A DNA stretch of 35,611 nt from the IMG/VR virus record IMGVR_UViG_3300032257_000068, positions 1 through 35,611 of that record. One strand, given 5' to 3'. The notes below the pieces were generated by a model. It saw nothing but the letters and a program-made list of their open reading frames with translations, had not been told where the DNA came from and searched no databases. The position numbers and the translations under genes are program-made. The stretch's first letter is position 1. Each line of letters starts with the position of its first letter. Origin of the DNA: a virus (lineage: Duplodnaviria > Caudoviricetes). Below are positions 18,077 to 24,760 of this stretch, piece after piece.

Positions 18077-18271
18077 TTAACTAATTCTAGTGATTTTGTG
18101 ATCTGACATTCCAAGTAAAACACTTTGATTGATTCTAAGTTCGTTTATTTGTTCGCGGTCATTGTCATCATAGCCAAGATCATCAGCAAAATAATCGAAC
18201 CAAACAATCTTAGGTTTCACGTCACCATACGATCCAGCATCCCATTCACATTTATATTTTCTACTTTTCAT
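18077..18271 (-). CDS. Hypothetical protein, apparent paralogue of 17877..18065
   Basis: Shares GY..ND...L.I..S.L...KITR with its neighbour. Confidence 0.7.
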   Translation of the reverse strand: MKSRKYKCEWDAGSYGDVKPKIVWFDYFADDLGYDDNDREQINELRINQSVLLGMSDHKITRIS

Positions 18272-18306
18272 TTTCTTAGCCCTTGCCCCTTGCGGGGCTT
18301 TGCTGG

Positions 18307-18531
18307 TTAGTATTTGCTGTCTGCGCGAAAAGTTGCTGACATTGAATAAGGGCCATGAGGCTTAATGCATTCTACATCGTCATATATGAAGATACGGCGT
18401 GTTTTAATTTCACCATCTTCATCAATAGTGATGGTTTTAGGGGTGCGCTTGATAACTGTAGCTGTGTAGATTGTGTCATGATTACAAATTGAGCGTGTTG
18501 CTAGTGTTTGGCCGATTTTGAATGTGTGCAT
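18307..18531 (-). CDS. Small beta-rich early protein
   Basis: FKIGQTL.TRSIC.HD...VIKRTPKTITI; directly after a strong promoter. Confidence 0.7.
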   Translation of the reverse strand: MHTFKIGQTLATRSICNHDTIYTATVIKRTPKTITIDEDGEIKTRRIFIYDDVECIKPHGPYSMSATFRADSKY

Positions 18532-18573
18532 TTTAAACCCCTTTTTGCTTTGCGTTTCTCAGTGTGTAAGTAA

Positions 18574-18621
18574 ATATTACAACCTGTTCCGGGATATGTC
18601 AAGAAAAAGATTAATCTTTTT
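18574..18621 (-). promoter_or_regulatory. Sigma70 early promoter with upstream 18-bp palindrome
   Basis: TTGACA(18602-18597)-17 nt-TAATAT(18579-18574); AAAAAGATTAATCTTTTT at 18604-18621. Confidence 0.8.
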
Positions 18622-18830
18622 TAAATCTTTCTGCCACATAATCCCGGCCCATCGTTGCACCACTTTGCGCCATCTCCTTTTTCAAGTTCACGCATCATGC
18701 CCATATAGTGACATTCTAGCCAGTTTGGACGCTCCACCACCTGGCCACACTCGGTGCAAGAATAGCCGCCAGAATCGCCTCTAATTAGCTTGTGATCGGT
18801 AATTTTGTTTAATTTACAGTAACAGATCAT
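18621..18830 (-). CDS. Small Cys-rich hypothetical protein
   Basis: CYC, CTEC and further Cys residues; AGGG RBS. Confidence 0.55.
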   Translation of the reverse strand: MICYCKLNKITDHKLIRGDSGGYSCTECGQVVERPNWLECHYMGMMRELEKGDGAKWCNDGPGLCGRKI

Positions 18831-18924
18831 GATTTAACCCCTATATAAGCACTTCATAATTCAATTCAGACGGATTTTAAGCCTGTTTCAGCCCCCCATT
18901 CCGGGGGGTGTCTCAGCATATCTA

Positions 18925-19143
18925 TTAGACTAACCAGAGTTCCGCTTCAGCCTGACAATCAGCCAGAAAACGGCTTGCTTGGTCTCGCTGCGCCTCGGTG
19001 AAATTTTTAGAATCATCAGAAACGTTTGAGTTGAACACATAACGATCAATCAAATTAGCGATAGCGCGTTTTTGGCGGCACTCCAACAGGCTATTTTTTA
19101 GTTTTAAAAGATTGCTGATTGTGTTTTTTTGTTGCTGTGTCAT
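18925..19143 (-). CDS. Hypothetical early protein
   Basis: First ORF after the promoter at 19180-19208. Confidence 0.65.
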   Translation of the reverse strand: MTQQQKNTISNLLKLKNSLLECRQKRAIANLIDRYVFNSNVSDDSKNFTEAQRDQASRFLADCQAEAELWLV

Positions 19144-19179
19144 GGTCTTGGCCCTGTGTGTTTGTTAATGTGTAAGTAA

Positions 19180-19227
19180 ATATTACACATGGATCGCGAT
19201 ATTATCAAGAAAAAGATTAATCTTTTT
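19180..19227 (-). promoter_or_regulatory. Sigma70 early promoter with the same upstream 18-bp palindrome
   Basis: TTGATA(19208-19203)-17 nt-TAATAT(19185-19180); AAAAAGATTAATCTTTTT at 19210-19227. Confidence 0.78.
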
Positions 19228-19261
19228 TTAAAATAAGCTGATATTTTTTATCACCTTGCAT

Positions 19262-19299
19262 AAAAAAACCCCGGATGGTTTGGCGCATCCAGGGTTTTT
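19262..19299 (-). terminator. Intrinsic terminator (possibly bidirectional)
   Basis: Minus strand ACCCTGGATG-loop-CATCCGGGGT followed by a T7 run; T5 run on the plus side. Confidence 0.75.
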
Positions 19300-19383
19300 A
19301 GCGGATTTAGCTGGGCTAGGCTCCGGGAACCCCGCTTGATCAGCAGGGGGTTAATCTGCTAAATTCAAGCTTCACACATAGCA
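19262..19383 (-). ncRNA. Candidate ~120-nt small RNA with its own promoter and terminator
   Basis: Promoter at 19390-19417, terminator at 19262-19299, internal stems TTTAGCGGATT/AATCTGCTAAA and AACCCCGCT/AGC-AG-GGGGTT; no ORF of 60 aa or more. Confidence 0.55.
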
Positions 19384-19389
19384 TTGTGA

Positions 19390-19417
19390 ATTTTACTTGT
19401 TTATTCCTATCTGTCAA
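19390..19417 (-). promoter_or_regulatory. Sigma70 promoter for the candidate small RNA
   Basis: TTGACA(19417-19412)-16 nt-TAAAAT(19395-19390). Confidence 0.65.
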
Positions 19418-19435
19418 ATATTCATTTGCTAAGTG

Positions 19436-19634
19436 TGGCCTGAATTATTTGGCGCTCAAGGCTTGCGGACAGCAAACGCAAGATACTCTGAAATGACCCC
19501 GGCGCGAATTGCTCTCAATGCTATTTGAGGCAATGCAAAACACTGTAGACAATAGAATAATTCAGGATAGCCAGAGCACGCTTTGCCCTCTGCGAAAAAA
19601 TCCGGCTCTTTGTCCGGGGTTATACTGATCCCGG
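19436..19634 (+). ncRNA. Candidate structured RNA or single-stranded origin element upstream of the replication gene
   Basis: Perfect 11-bp helix 19439-19449/19556-19566 enclosing hairpins 19462-19482 and 19508-19534; further pairings at 19572-19592 and 19614-19634. Confidence 0.5.
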
Positions 19635-19643
19635 CAGAAATAC

Positions 19644-19671
19644 TTGCAAAAATAATAAAAACGTGTAATAT
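19644..19671 (+). promoter_or_regulatory. Candidate sigma70 promoter for the rightward operon
   Basis: TTGCAA-16 nt-TAATAT with the shared TGTAATATTT context. Confidence 0.6.
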
Positions 19672-19702
19672 TTAATTACAACTAATCAACAAGGGTTTAA
19701 CA

Positions 19703-20128
19703 ATGACTGATAAAACTCAAACACCAACAAAATTTAATTATCCAGAAGCTTTTGAGGCCTTATGGAAACTTTACCCACAGCGCGAAGGTGGCAACAACAA
19801 GAAAAAAGCTTTCAAGGCTTATAGCGCAAGAATCAAACAGAATCATCTTCATGTAAATATTGAAAATGGCGTTTTGCGCTATAAAGCATTTATGGATGCA
19901 ACAGGAAAAATCGGCTCTGAATTTGTCATGATGGCCGCAACTTTCTTTGGCCCTGATGAACATTTTTACGAACCTTGGGATCTTCCAAAAGAAAAACCAA
20001 AGTCTGAAGCATGGGAGCAAAAAGCGCTGCGTTTAAATATTGACCCAAGACCGGGCGAATCTATGGACGAATACAAGCAGCGCGTTATGCAACACAGGGA
20101 AGATCAGGGTATGCCCGATGCCAAATAG
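19703..20128 (+). CDS. Putative replication protein (resembles the C-terminal domain of phage replication initiators; no N-terminal HTH)
   Basis: YPEAFEALWKLYPQREGGNNKKKAFKAY..R...GVLRY...TGKIGSEFV..AATFFGPDEHF; C-terminal PRPGESMDEYKQRV. Confidence 0.7.
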   Translation: MTDKTQTPTKFNYPEAFEALWKLYPQREGGNNKKKAFKAYSARIKQNHLHVNIENGVLRYKAFMDATGKIGSEFVMMAATFFGPDEHFYEPWDLPKEKPKSEAWEQKALRLNIDPRPGESMDEYKQRVMQHREDQGMPDAK

Positions 20129-20261
20129 AATTGGCCAAGTCAAAGCCAACCCATCGACCATGCTGATCAATCTCAAGATCGATCAAATGGTCGCGCAAGG
20201 TTTCAGTTGGGCAAAGTTTCATTGCCCGGATCAGCGCGTCAATGTTTCGGCTTTCATGTAA
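20118..20261 (+). CDS. Hypothetical 47-aa protein
   Basis: ATG at 20118 overlapping the end of the replication gene. Confidence 0.4.
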   Translation: MPNRIGQVKANPSTMLINLKIDQMVAQGFSWAKFHCPDQRVNVSAFM

Positions 20262-20313
20262 CATAGTTAAATTTGTATAATCAAAAATCATACTAACCAT
20301 ATAGAGGAAGATT

Positions 20314-20475
20314 ATGAGAAAGTCAACCGTTTCACAGGAAGATCTAATCTGGCAAGCCAGAGTACAACGCGAAAAAAAGCAAACAACGTTGCGCTTGTTC
20401 TTGTTTGGTGTGTTTACATTCGTAGCAACAACAGCTGCATTGTTAATTTATAGCTGGGTACTTCTAAACAGTTAA
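20314..20475 (+). CDS. Small single-TM membrane protein (53 aa)
   Basis: Manual translation MRKSTVSQEDLIWQAR...LFLFGVFTFVATTAALLIYSWVLLNS; GAGGA RBS. Confidence 0.65.
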   Translation: MRKSTVSQEDLIWQARVQREKKQTTLRLFLFGVFTFVATTAALLIYSWVLLNS

Positions 20476-20485
20476 AGGTGAATTT

Positions 20486-20695
20486 ATGAAAGAACCAGTC
20501 GTAACAGGCAATGAAGCTGCAAGCATGATGGAATATTTTACCGAACTGCAAACGGTCGCATATAAGGCCGGGTTACTTATGGGTGTAAGTATCGGCGTAG
20601 CCCTTGGACTATTGACAGGCATTCTAGCAGGCGCTTTATTTTATAAAGTGTTGCATCGTCACATGGGAGGCCATGTGCTAACCAAAAACAGGTAA
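20486..20695 (+). CDS. Small membrane protein with Gly-rich TM helix
   Basis: GLLMGVSIGVALGLLTGILAG; AGGTG RBS. Confidence 0.65.
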   Translation: MKEPVVTGNEAASMMEYFTELQTVAYKAGLLMGVSIGVALGLLTGILAGALFYKVLHRHMGGHVLTKNR

Positions 20696-20701
20696 TAAAA
20701 A

Positions 20702-20914
20702 ATGAATATAACAGAAAAAGATAAACAAAGAATGGTGGCCAAGCTTGTAATTAATGATTCATTTGGCGATCTGTTTAAGCTGCATCCAGAAATAGCCGAT
20801 CAATTCATGGCATGTGCAATGGCCAGGCTTAAATCTGCGCATGAAACAATGCAGGATCCAGTATTAAAAATTTTAGAGTCAACTGTGAATAACTGGCTGA
20901 GAGTTGAAAAATGA
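20702..20914 (+). CDS. Hypothetical protein
   Basis: ORF with AGGT RBS. Confidence 0.6.
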   Translation: MNITEKDKQRMVAKLVINDSFGDLFKLHPEIADQFMACAMARLKSAHETMQDPVLKILESTVNNWLRVEK

Positions 20915-21099
20915 ATAGAAAAAAAATCGAGGTTTTTAAGAAAAAACTACTCTTGAGAACAGAAGAGGCGGTCATTAATATTCAATCAAGGAATTATCCG
21001 AAAATATGTGAATTGCCAATGATAGCAGGAACCTATATGTCAGCTGCCGCAATTTTTAAAAACGTTAGCACCCAAAAGTCTTTTCGTATTGAGGGGTGA
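20911..21099 (+). CDS. Hypothetical protein
   Basis: ATGA overlap with the upstream gene. Confidence 0.55.
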   Translation: MNRKKIEVFKKKLLLRTEEAVINIQSRNYPKICELPMIAGTYMSAAAIFKNVSTQKSFRIEG

Positions 21100-21102
21100 A
21101 AA

Positions 21103-21354
21103 ATGAATAGAAGAAACTTTATAAAAAATACAATCGGATTTATTGCTTTGCTTTCAACTGGCGTTTCCATTAAAGATGACCCCGCTTCAAATGCTGAAAT
21201 AGATAAATATTCAGGCCGGTCTATTAGTCGAGCAAACTATACGCTTATTTCAAATACTGAAATAGACGAGCATTCACCAATTACCAAAAAACTTTTAAAA
21301 AAAATGAAGGGACAGCATGAAAATAATTATCGAAAACCCAAGTCTAACTTTTGA
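21103..21354 (+). CDS. Small protein with twin-arginine (Tat)-like signal peptide
   Basis: MNRRNFIK followed by hydrophobic NTIGFIALLSTGV; GAGGGG RBS. Confidence 0.7.
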   Translation: MNRRNFIKNTIGFIALLSTGVSIKDDPASNAEIDKYSGRSISRANYTLISNTEIDEHSPITKKLLKKMKGQHENNYRKPKSNF

Positions 21355-21493
21355 AAGAACATCAAAAGACGAGTTCAAGGTAACGCTGGAAAAATTGCCC
21401 CATGATTTTCCTGATAAAATTAAATTAATGAAAGGTGAAGTAGTAACAATTGACTTGCCTTCTTGTATAATTGAAGTAGAAAACCCGGAATAA
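21317..21493 (+). CDS. Hypothetical 58-aa protein
   Basis: Manual translation MKIIIENPSLTFERTSKDEFKVTLEK...; AGGGA RBS. Confidence 0.55.
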   Translation: MKIIIENPSLTFERTSKDEFKVTLEKLPHDFPDKIKLMKGEVVTIDLPSCIIEVENPE

Positions 21494-21494
21494 A

Positions 21495-21683
21495 ATGGTT
21501 ACTCCAATCTATAAAATAGAAGCATGGTTAAGGATCAGGAAACCCCTTGAGCACAAAGGACATGTTGCGCTAGGCTCAAGGGGTAAAGATTTAGCAGCTT
21601 TATTTAAAAAAATGGCAGAATCTAATTGCAGTGGCTGCCATCAGGATCGTATGGATCCAAAAAGTTACGACACCAAAATCTAG
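21495..21683 (+). CDS. Hypothetical protein (3' end overlaps the convergent gene)
   Basis: Starts right after the previous stop. Confidence 0.4.
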   Translation: MVTPIYKIEAWLRIRKPLEHKGHVALGSRGKDLAALFKKMAESNCSGCHQDRMDPKSYDTKI

Positions 21684-21999
21684 ATTGCTTCCCTCTCCAA
21701 TTATCCTCATGCATATGGCGCTCACAGCGCTCAGAAAATAATTCTTTCCAGTGAGTAGGCTTCTCAAGATAGCCTATAGTTCCAAAAGTCATATTAAAAA
21801 ACCAATCTGCAATGCCGCCGACAAGTAGAACAGGCAATCCCATTAATTTAGCTGGCTTAGTTAATGTTCCTTTGTCCCTTGCTCGCTTTAAGTTCATTAG
21901 GGCTAAGTAATACACCCATACAACATGCATTGCAATCAAGGTAATGACAGTCCACTTTAACGGAACAAAATTCAATATTGTTTGTATTGTCTCAATCAT
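21622..21999 (-). CDS. Membrane protein at the end of the lysis cassette
   Basis: Two hydrophobic segments; D.FFN...E.FS.RC.RH...WC...LDP.DP.G.HC pattern. Confidence 0.75.
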   Translation of the reverse strand: MIETIQTILNFVPLKWTVITLIAMHVVWVYYLALMNLKRARDKGTLTKPAKLMGLPVLLVGGIADWFFNMTFGTIGYLEKPTHWKELFSERCERHMHEDNWRGKQSRFWCRNFLDPYDPDGSHCN

Positions 22000-22214
22000 T
22001 TCTTATTACTCCTTATCGCTTTGAATCGTGAATTACCTTCTTTAACAATAGATTTACATTCAATATAAGCTTCAGCAAGATCTCTCCATGTATCTCCTAC
22101 TAAAACACATTCTTGCATATCGACGGTAAGCGCTGATTCAGGTTGCGCATATATAACTTTAGTTCCGCAACTGCTCAAGAATAGTAGAATGAATGGGACT
22201 AGCAGCACAATCAT
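21996..22214 (-). CDS. Outer-membrane lipoprotein o-spanin (Rz1-like)
   Basis: MIVLLVPFILLFLSS-C lipobox; overlaps the 3' end of the i-spanin gene in another frame. Confidence 0.75.
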   Translation of the reverse strand: MIVLLVPFILLFLSSCGTKVIYAQPESALTVDMQECVLVGDTWRDLAEAYIECKSIVKEGNSRFKAIRSNKK

Positions 22215-22443
22215 CAATAACTTTTCTGATGGTCTTGATTTTAGTTTTAACAATAATTCTTTCATGGGCTTGTGCCTTTGCAAGTTTATCAATTAATAGT
22301 TTTTGATTGTCTCTATATTCTTCAATCTGTGCCGCTGTTCTGGCTTTCTCTGATTCCTTGCCATAGTCATACGCAAAGTAGGCTGTGCCACCTAATACAC
22401 CCAATGATGCAACTATAGCCGCTATGATAAAATATAACTTCAT
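22159..22443 (-). CDS. Inner-membrane i-spanin (Rz-like)
   Basis: N-terminal TM, periplasmic coiled coil, C-terminal Cys; overlapping lipoprotein gene. Confidence 0.75.
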   Translation of the reverse strand: MKLYFIIAAIVASLGVLGGTAYFAYDYGKESEKARTAAQIEEYRDNQKLLIDKLAKAQAHERIIVKTKIKTIRKVIDDCAASPIHSTILEQLRN

Positions 22444-22622
22444 TGCTGGCCCCTCTTTGCGAAATGCTCACCGACGTTACCGCCCGCATAACCGATCATC
22501 ACGCCAATCATCAGATTAGAATACACCAACGCATCAGTAGGCAAGTAACCCTTTATTTGCATAACAGTAAACACAAATCCGCAAATAGAGAAAAACCATA
22601 ATTTTCTAGACAACATATCCAT
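22440..22622 (-). CDS. Two-TM holin-like protein
   Basis: LSRKLWF start, two TMs, YAGGNVGEHF end; between endolysin and spanins. Confidence 0.6.
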   Translation of the reverse strand: MDMLSRKLWFFSICGFVFTVMQIKGYLPTDALVYSNLMIGVMIGYAGGNVGEHFAKRGQQ

Positions 22623-22630
22623 AACCGATC

Positions 22631-22945
22631 CTAATTAAGCGCATGGAAGCTGCGCAGCTCTTTGATGTGTTTTATGTTTAATTGTATGGCCTTCTCTAAA
22701 TGTTGACAGTCACAGGTCTTAACGTTGACAACTTTGGGTTGAGATGTTGACAGCTTTGGGCCTTGCTGTGCCACTGAAACATTATGCGCCAGGGCTTCGT
22801 AACCCATTTTGTAGGAATAAACCGTTTCACTTTGTAAGATATTTCCTACGCCAGACGATACAAGCCCGATTAATAGAGTCAGAATAGAAAGCACCGTTTT
22901 CCAGTTTTCAAGGCTAAGCTTTATCCATTCGTATGCTTTAGCCAT
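22631..22945 (-). CDS. Single-TM membrane protein in the lysis cassette
   Basis: N-terminal TM, CDC motif; coupled to the upstream gene by TAATG. Confidence 0.65.
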   Translation of the reverse strand: MAKAYEWIKLSLENWKTVLSILTLLIGLVSSGVGNILQSETVYSYKMGYEALAHNVSVAQQGPKLSTSQPKVVNVKTCDCQHLEKAIQLNIKHIKELRSFHALN

Positions 22946-23283
22946 TAGAATGTAATATTAGCGGTTACTCCGCCGCTAACTTCTCCGCCTTCTTCAAAGG
23001 TAATTTGACCAGAATACAAGGTTTGATTATGGGTAAAGGCTGTCCCAATGGATCCGGCTAGACAGTCATCCCGCGTGGCACCTGATACAGAAAGCTGCTT
23101 TTTGCTGGTAATATAAAACTGGTGTTGTCCTGCCGCCATTGCACCCGCCGCGCCACAATCTTTCTCTATTGAATTTTGTGGTGTTATGTTTCGATCATGA
23201 TGATGTCGATCCGAGGCAAGAGCCTCATTCGTTAAAATAACAACGATTGATCCAATTAAAAAACTTAAAATAAATGCTTTCAT
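22945..23283 (-). CDS. Signal-peptide protein resembling a YadA-type trimeric autotransporter membrane anchor (112 aa)
   Basis: MKAFILSFLIGSIVVILTNEALA signal; GAAGAMAA helix; four amphipathic beta-strands ending in Phe. Confidence 0.65.
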   Translation of the reverse strand: MKAFILSFLIGSIVVILTNEALASDRHHHDRNITPQNSIEKDCGAAGAMAAGQHQFYITSKKQLSVSGATRDDCLAGSIGTAFTHNQTLYSGQITFEEGGEVSGGVTANITF

Positions 23284-23285
23284 CA

Positions 23286-23531
23286 CTAATGCCTCGCTAA
23301 TAAAAATATAATTAAACCTATACATGCGCCTATTGTAGCGCCAGCCGCGACCCACATGCGCGTGCTTAAAATTTGTATATCTTTTTTTATTTCGCCGACG
23401 CTATTAGTAAAACCGGTATATCTTAAAGCACAAATTTCCTCATGCGAGTCAATTTTTCCGTTAGCTATGCGTGCTTCGGTCAAGGCCTTATCCGCAATTT
23501 TTTTTACTTCATGAATAGGTGGGGTATTCAT
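23286..23531 (-). CDS. Holin/antiholin-like protein (coiled coil plus C-terminal TM)
   Basis: IDSHEEICALRY coiled coil then TM; immediately after the endolysin. Confidence 0.6.
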   Translation of the reverse strand: MNTPPIHEVKKIADKALTEARIANGKIDSHEEICALRYTGFTNSVGEIKKDIQILSTRMWVAAGATIGACIGLIIFLLARH

Positions 23532-23548
23532 TTTTTATCCTTTTTTTA

Positions 23549-24127
23549 TTATGTGTCTTCAAGTAATGCTTCAGCTATAGCGTGGCAAGCAAGGTTAGAC
23601 TTTAACCTGATATTTTCAATATTATCAATAAATTCAGGCTCTACAATTACCGCTCTGCAATGAGTTTTAGCTAAAAAGAAATCTGGCCCTTTTGCTGGAT
23701 TCATTTGATACCAGCCTTCTTTGGATCCCCTGTCTGGCTGGCATACTCTGCCAAGCGCATCCTGTATTTTTTCAGCTAGCGGTTTTCCTGTTTTGCTTCC
23801 CGGATAGTATAAAGTTTCTGATCCGCGTCCAACATGAACCATTTCACCGTCATCAATCACGCCGTTTGCATTTTGATCGCGCCACATCTTCGCAGAGTTA
23901 AAGTGAATCTCTATTGCTGTATATGGCTTTTTGTCCGGGTTTTCTTTTATATAATGATTTATAAAGTTTACTTTTTGTTTTAGTGTTCCAGCTGGAACGC
24001 GAACACAGCGATCACCTAAAAGTTCAATTATTTTTTCTGCATATTTAACAGTGAAATAAAATTCAGTAAACGCGCCATAAGTAGCGCCTTGTGCTTTTTC
24101 ATGATGGCCTGCTGATATAAAGATCAT
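23549..24127 (-). CDS. Endolysin, N-acetylmuramoyl-L-alanine amidase (Amidase_3 type)
   Basis: Zn ligands ISAGH, E, EIHFNS and catalytic AVIVEPEFIDN; GSETLY. Confidence 0.92.
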   Translation of the reverse strand: MIFISAGHHEKAQGATYGAFTEFYFTVKYAEKIIELLGDRCVRVPAGTLKQKVNFINHYIKENPDKKPYTAIEIHFNSAKMWRDQNANGVIDDGEMVHVGRGSETLYYPGSKTGKPLAEKIQDALGRVCQPDRGSKEGWYQMNPAKGPDFFLAKTHCRAVIVEPEFIDNIENIRLKSNLACHAIAEALLEDT

Positions 24128-24429
24128 ACAATCACCGATTCAAAATCAAAACCGCCCATTTCATCAGGCGTTAATATATGAACGCAGGCAGATCTTGCGT
24201 TTTCTGTTTTTGATACAATCTTATGAGATAAACCAGCCCTTATTAAAATTGATTGCCCTTCAGAATAATCTTTCGGCTTCATCCCATCACAAAAAACAGT
24301 TACCTCTTCATTTAAAACATAATGATAATGATCAAACTTGTGAACATGCTGAACCATAAAATCGCCAACCCCTTCAAATGCAAGCACTTTTATTGCAACA
24401 TTATCAAGTTGAATAACATCAGTTTTCAT
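24124..24429 (-). CDS. Cupin-fold protein
   Basis: QHVHKFDH and ILIRAGLSHKI cupin motifs. Confidence 0.75.
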   Translation of the reverse strand: MKTDVIQLDNVAIKVLAFEGVGDFMVQHVHKFDHYHYVLNEEVTVFCDGMKPKDYSEGQSILIRAGLSHKIVSKTENARSACVHILTPDEMGGFDFESVIV

Positions 24430-24431
24430 GA

Positions 24432-24752
24432 CTATCCCCTTTTCATTGCTTCAAGCGCTGTTTTGTTTGATACAGCTTTTATATTAGTGATGATGACTGC
24501 TAAACGTTCTTTAGCAACTAGCTCTACTTCTTTACTAATCAAGGCATCTATATACTCTCGCTTCTCAACGTCTAGCAGCATTGAATCGAGCCTTGTTTGA
24601 TTTAAAACAATACCGCCGTTATAGTCAAAACAGTAATGCCCGAATTTATTTGCCACCACTTCAGAAAGCTGTTCTTTTGTTACCTGTACATCTCCGGCAT
24701 CCTCTGCAACATCGGCGATAGAGTTATCTGGATTCAAAATTAAATATGGCAT
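24432..24752 (-). CDS. Putative tail fibre assembly/chaperone protein
   Basis: Follows a small tail fibre-like gene; GAGGA RBS; function is positional inference. Confidence 0.5.
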   Translation of the reverse strand: MPYLILNPDNSIADVAEDAGDVQVTKEQLSEVVANKFGHYCFDYNGGIVLNQTRLDSMLLDVEKREYIDALISKEVELVAKERLAVIITNIKAVSNKTALEAMKRG

Positions 24753-24760
24753 AAGTCCTC

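Noticed and set aside
19436-19634. Group I intron or hammerhead ribozyme
   Set aside because: I could not find the conserved catalytic core sequences, and the region does not interrupt a gene
21627-21641. CxxCH (CSGCH) haem-binding motif in the 21495..21683 ORF
   Set aside because: Falls in the antisense overlap with the convergent gene, and the ORF has no export signal; probably coincidental
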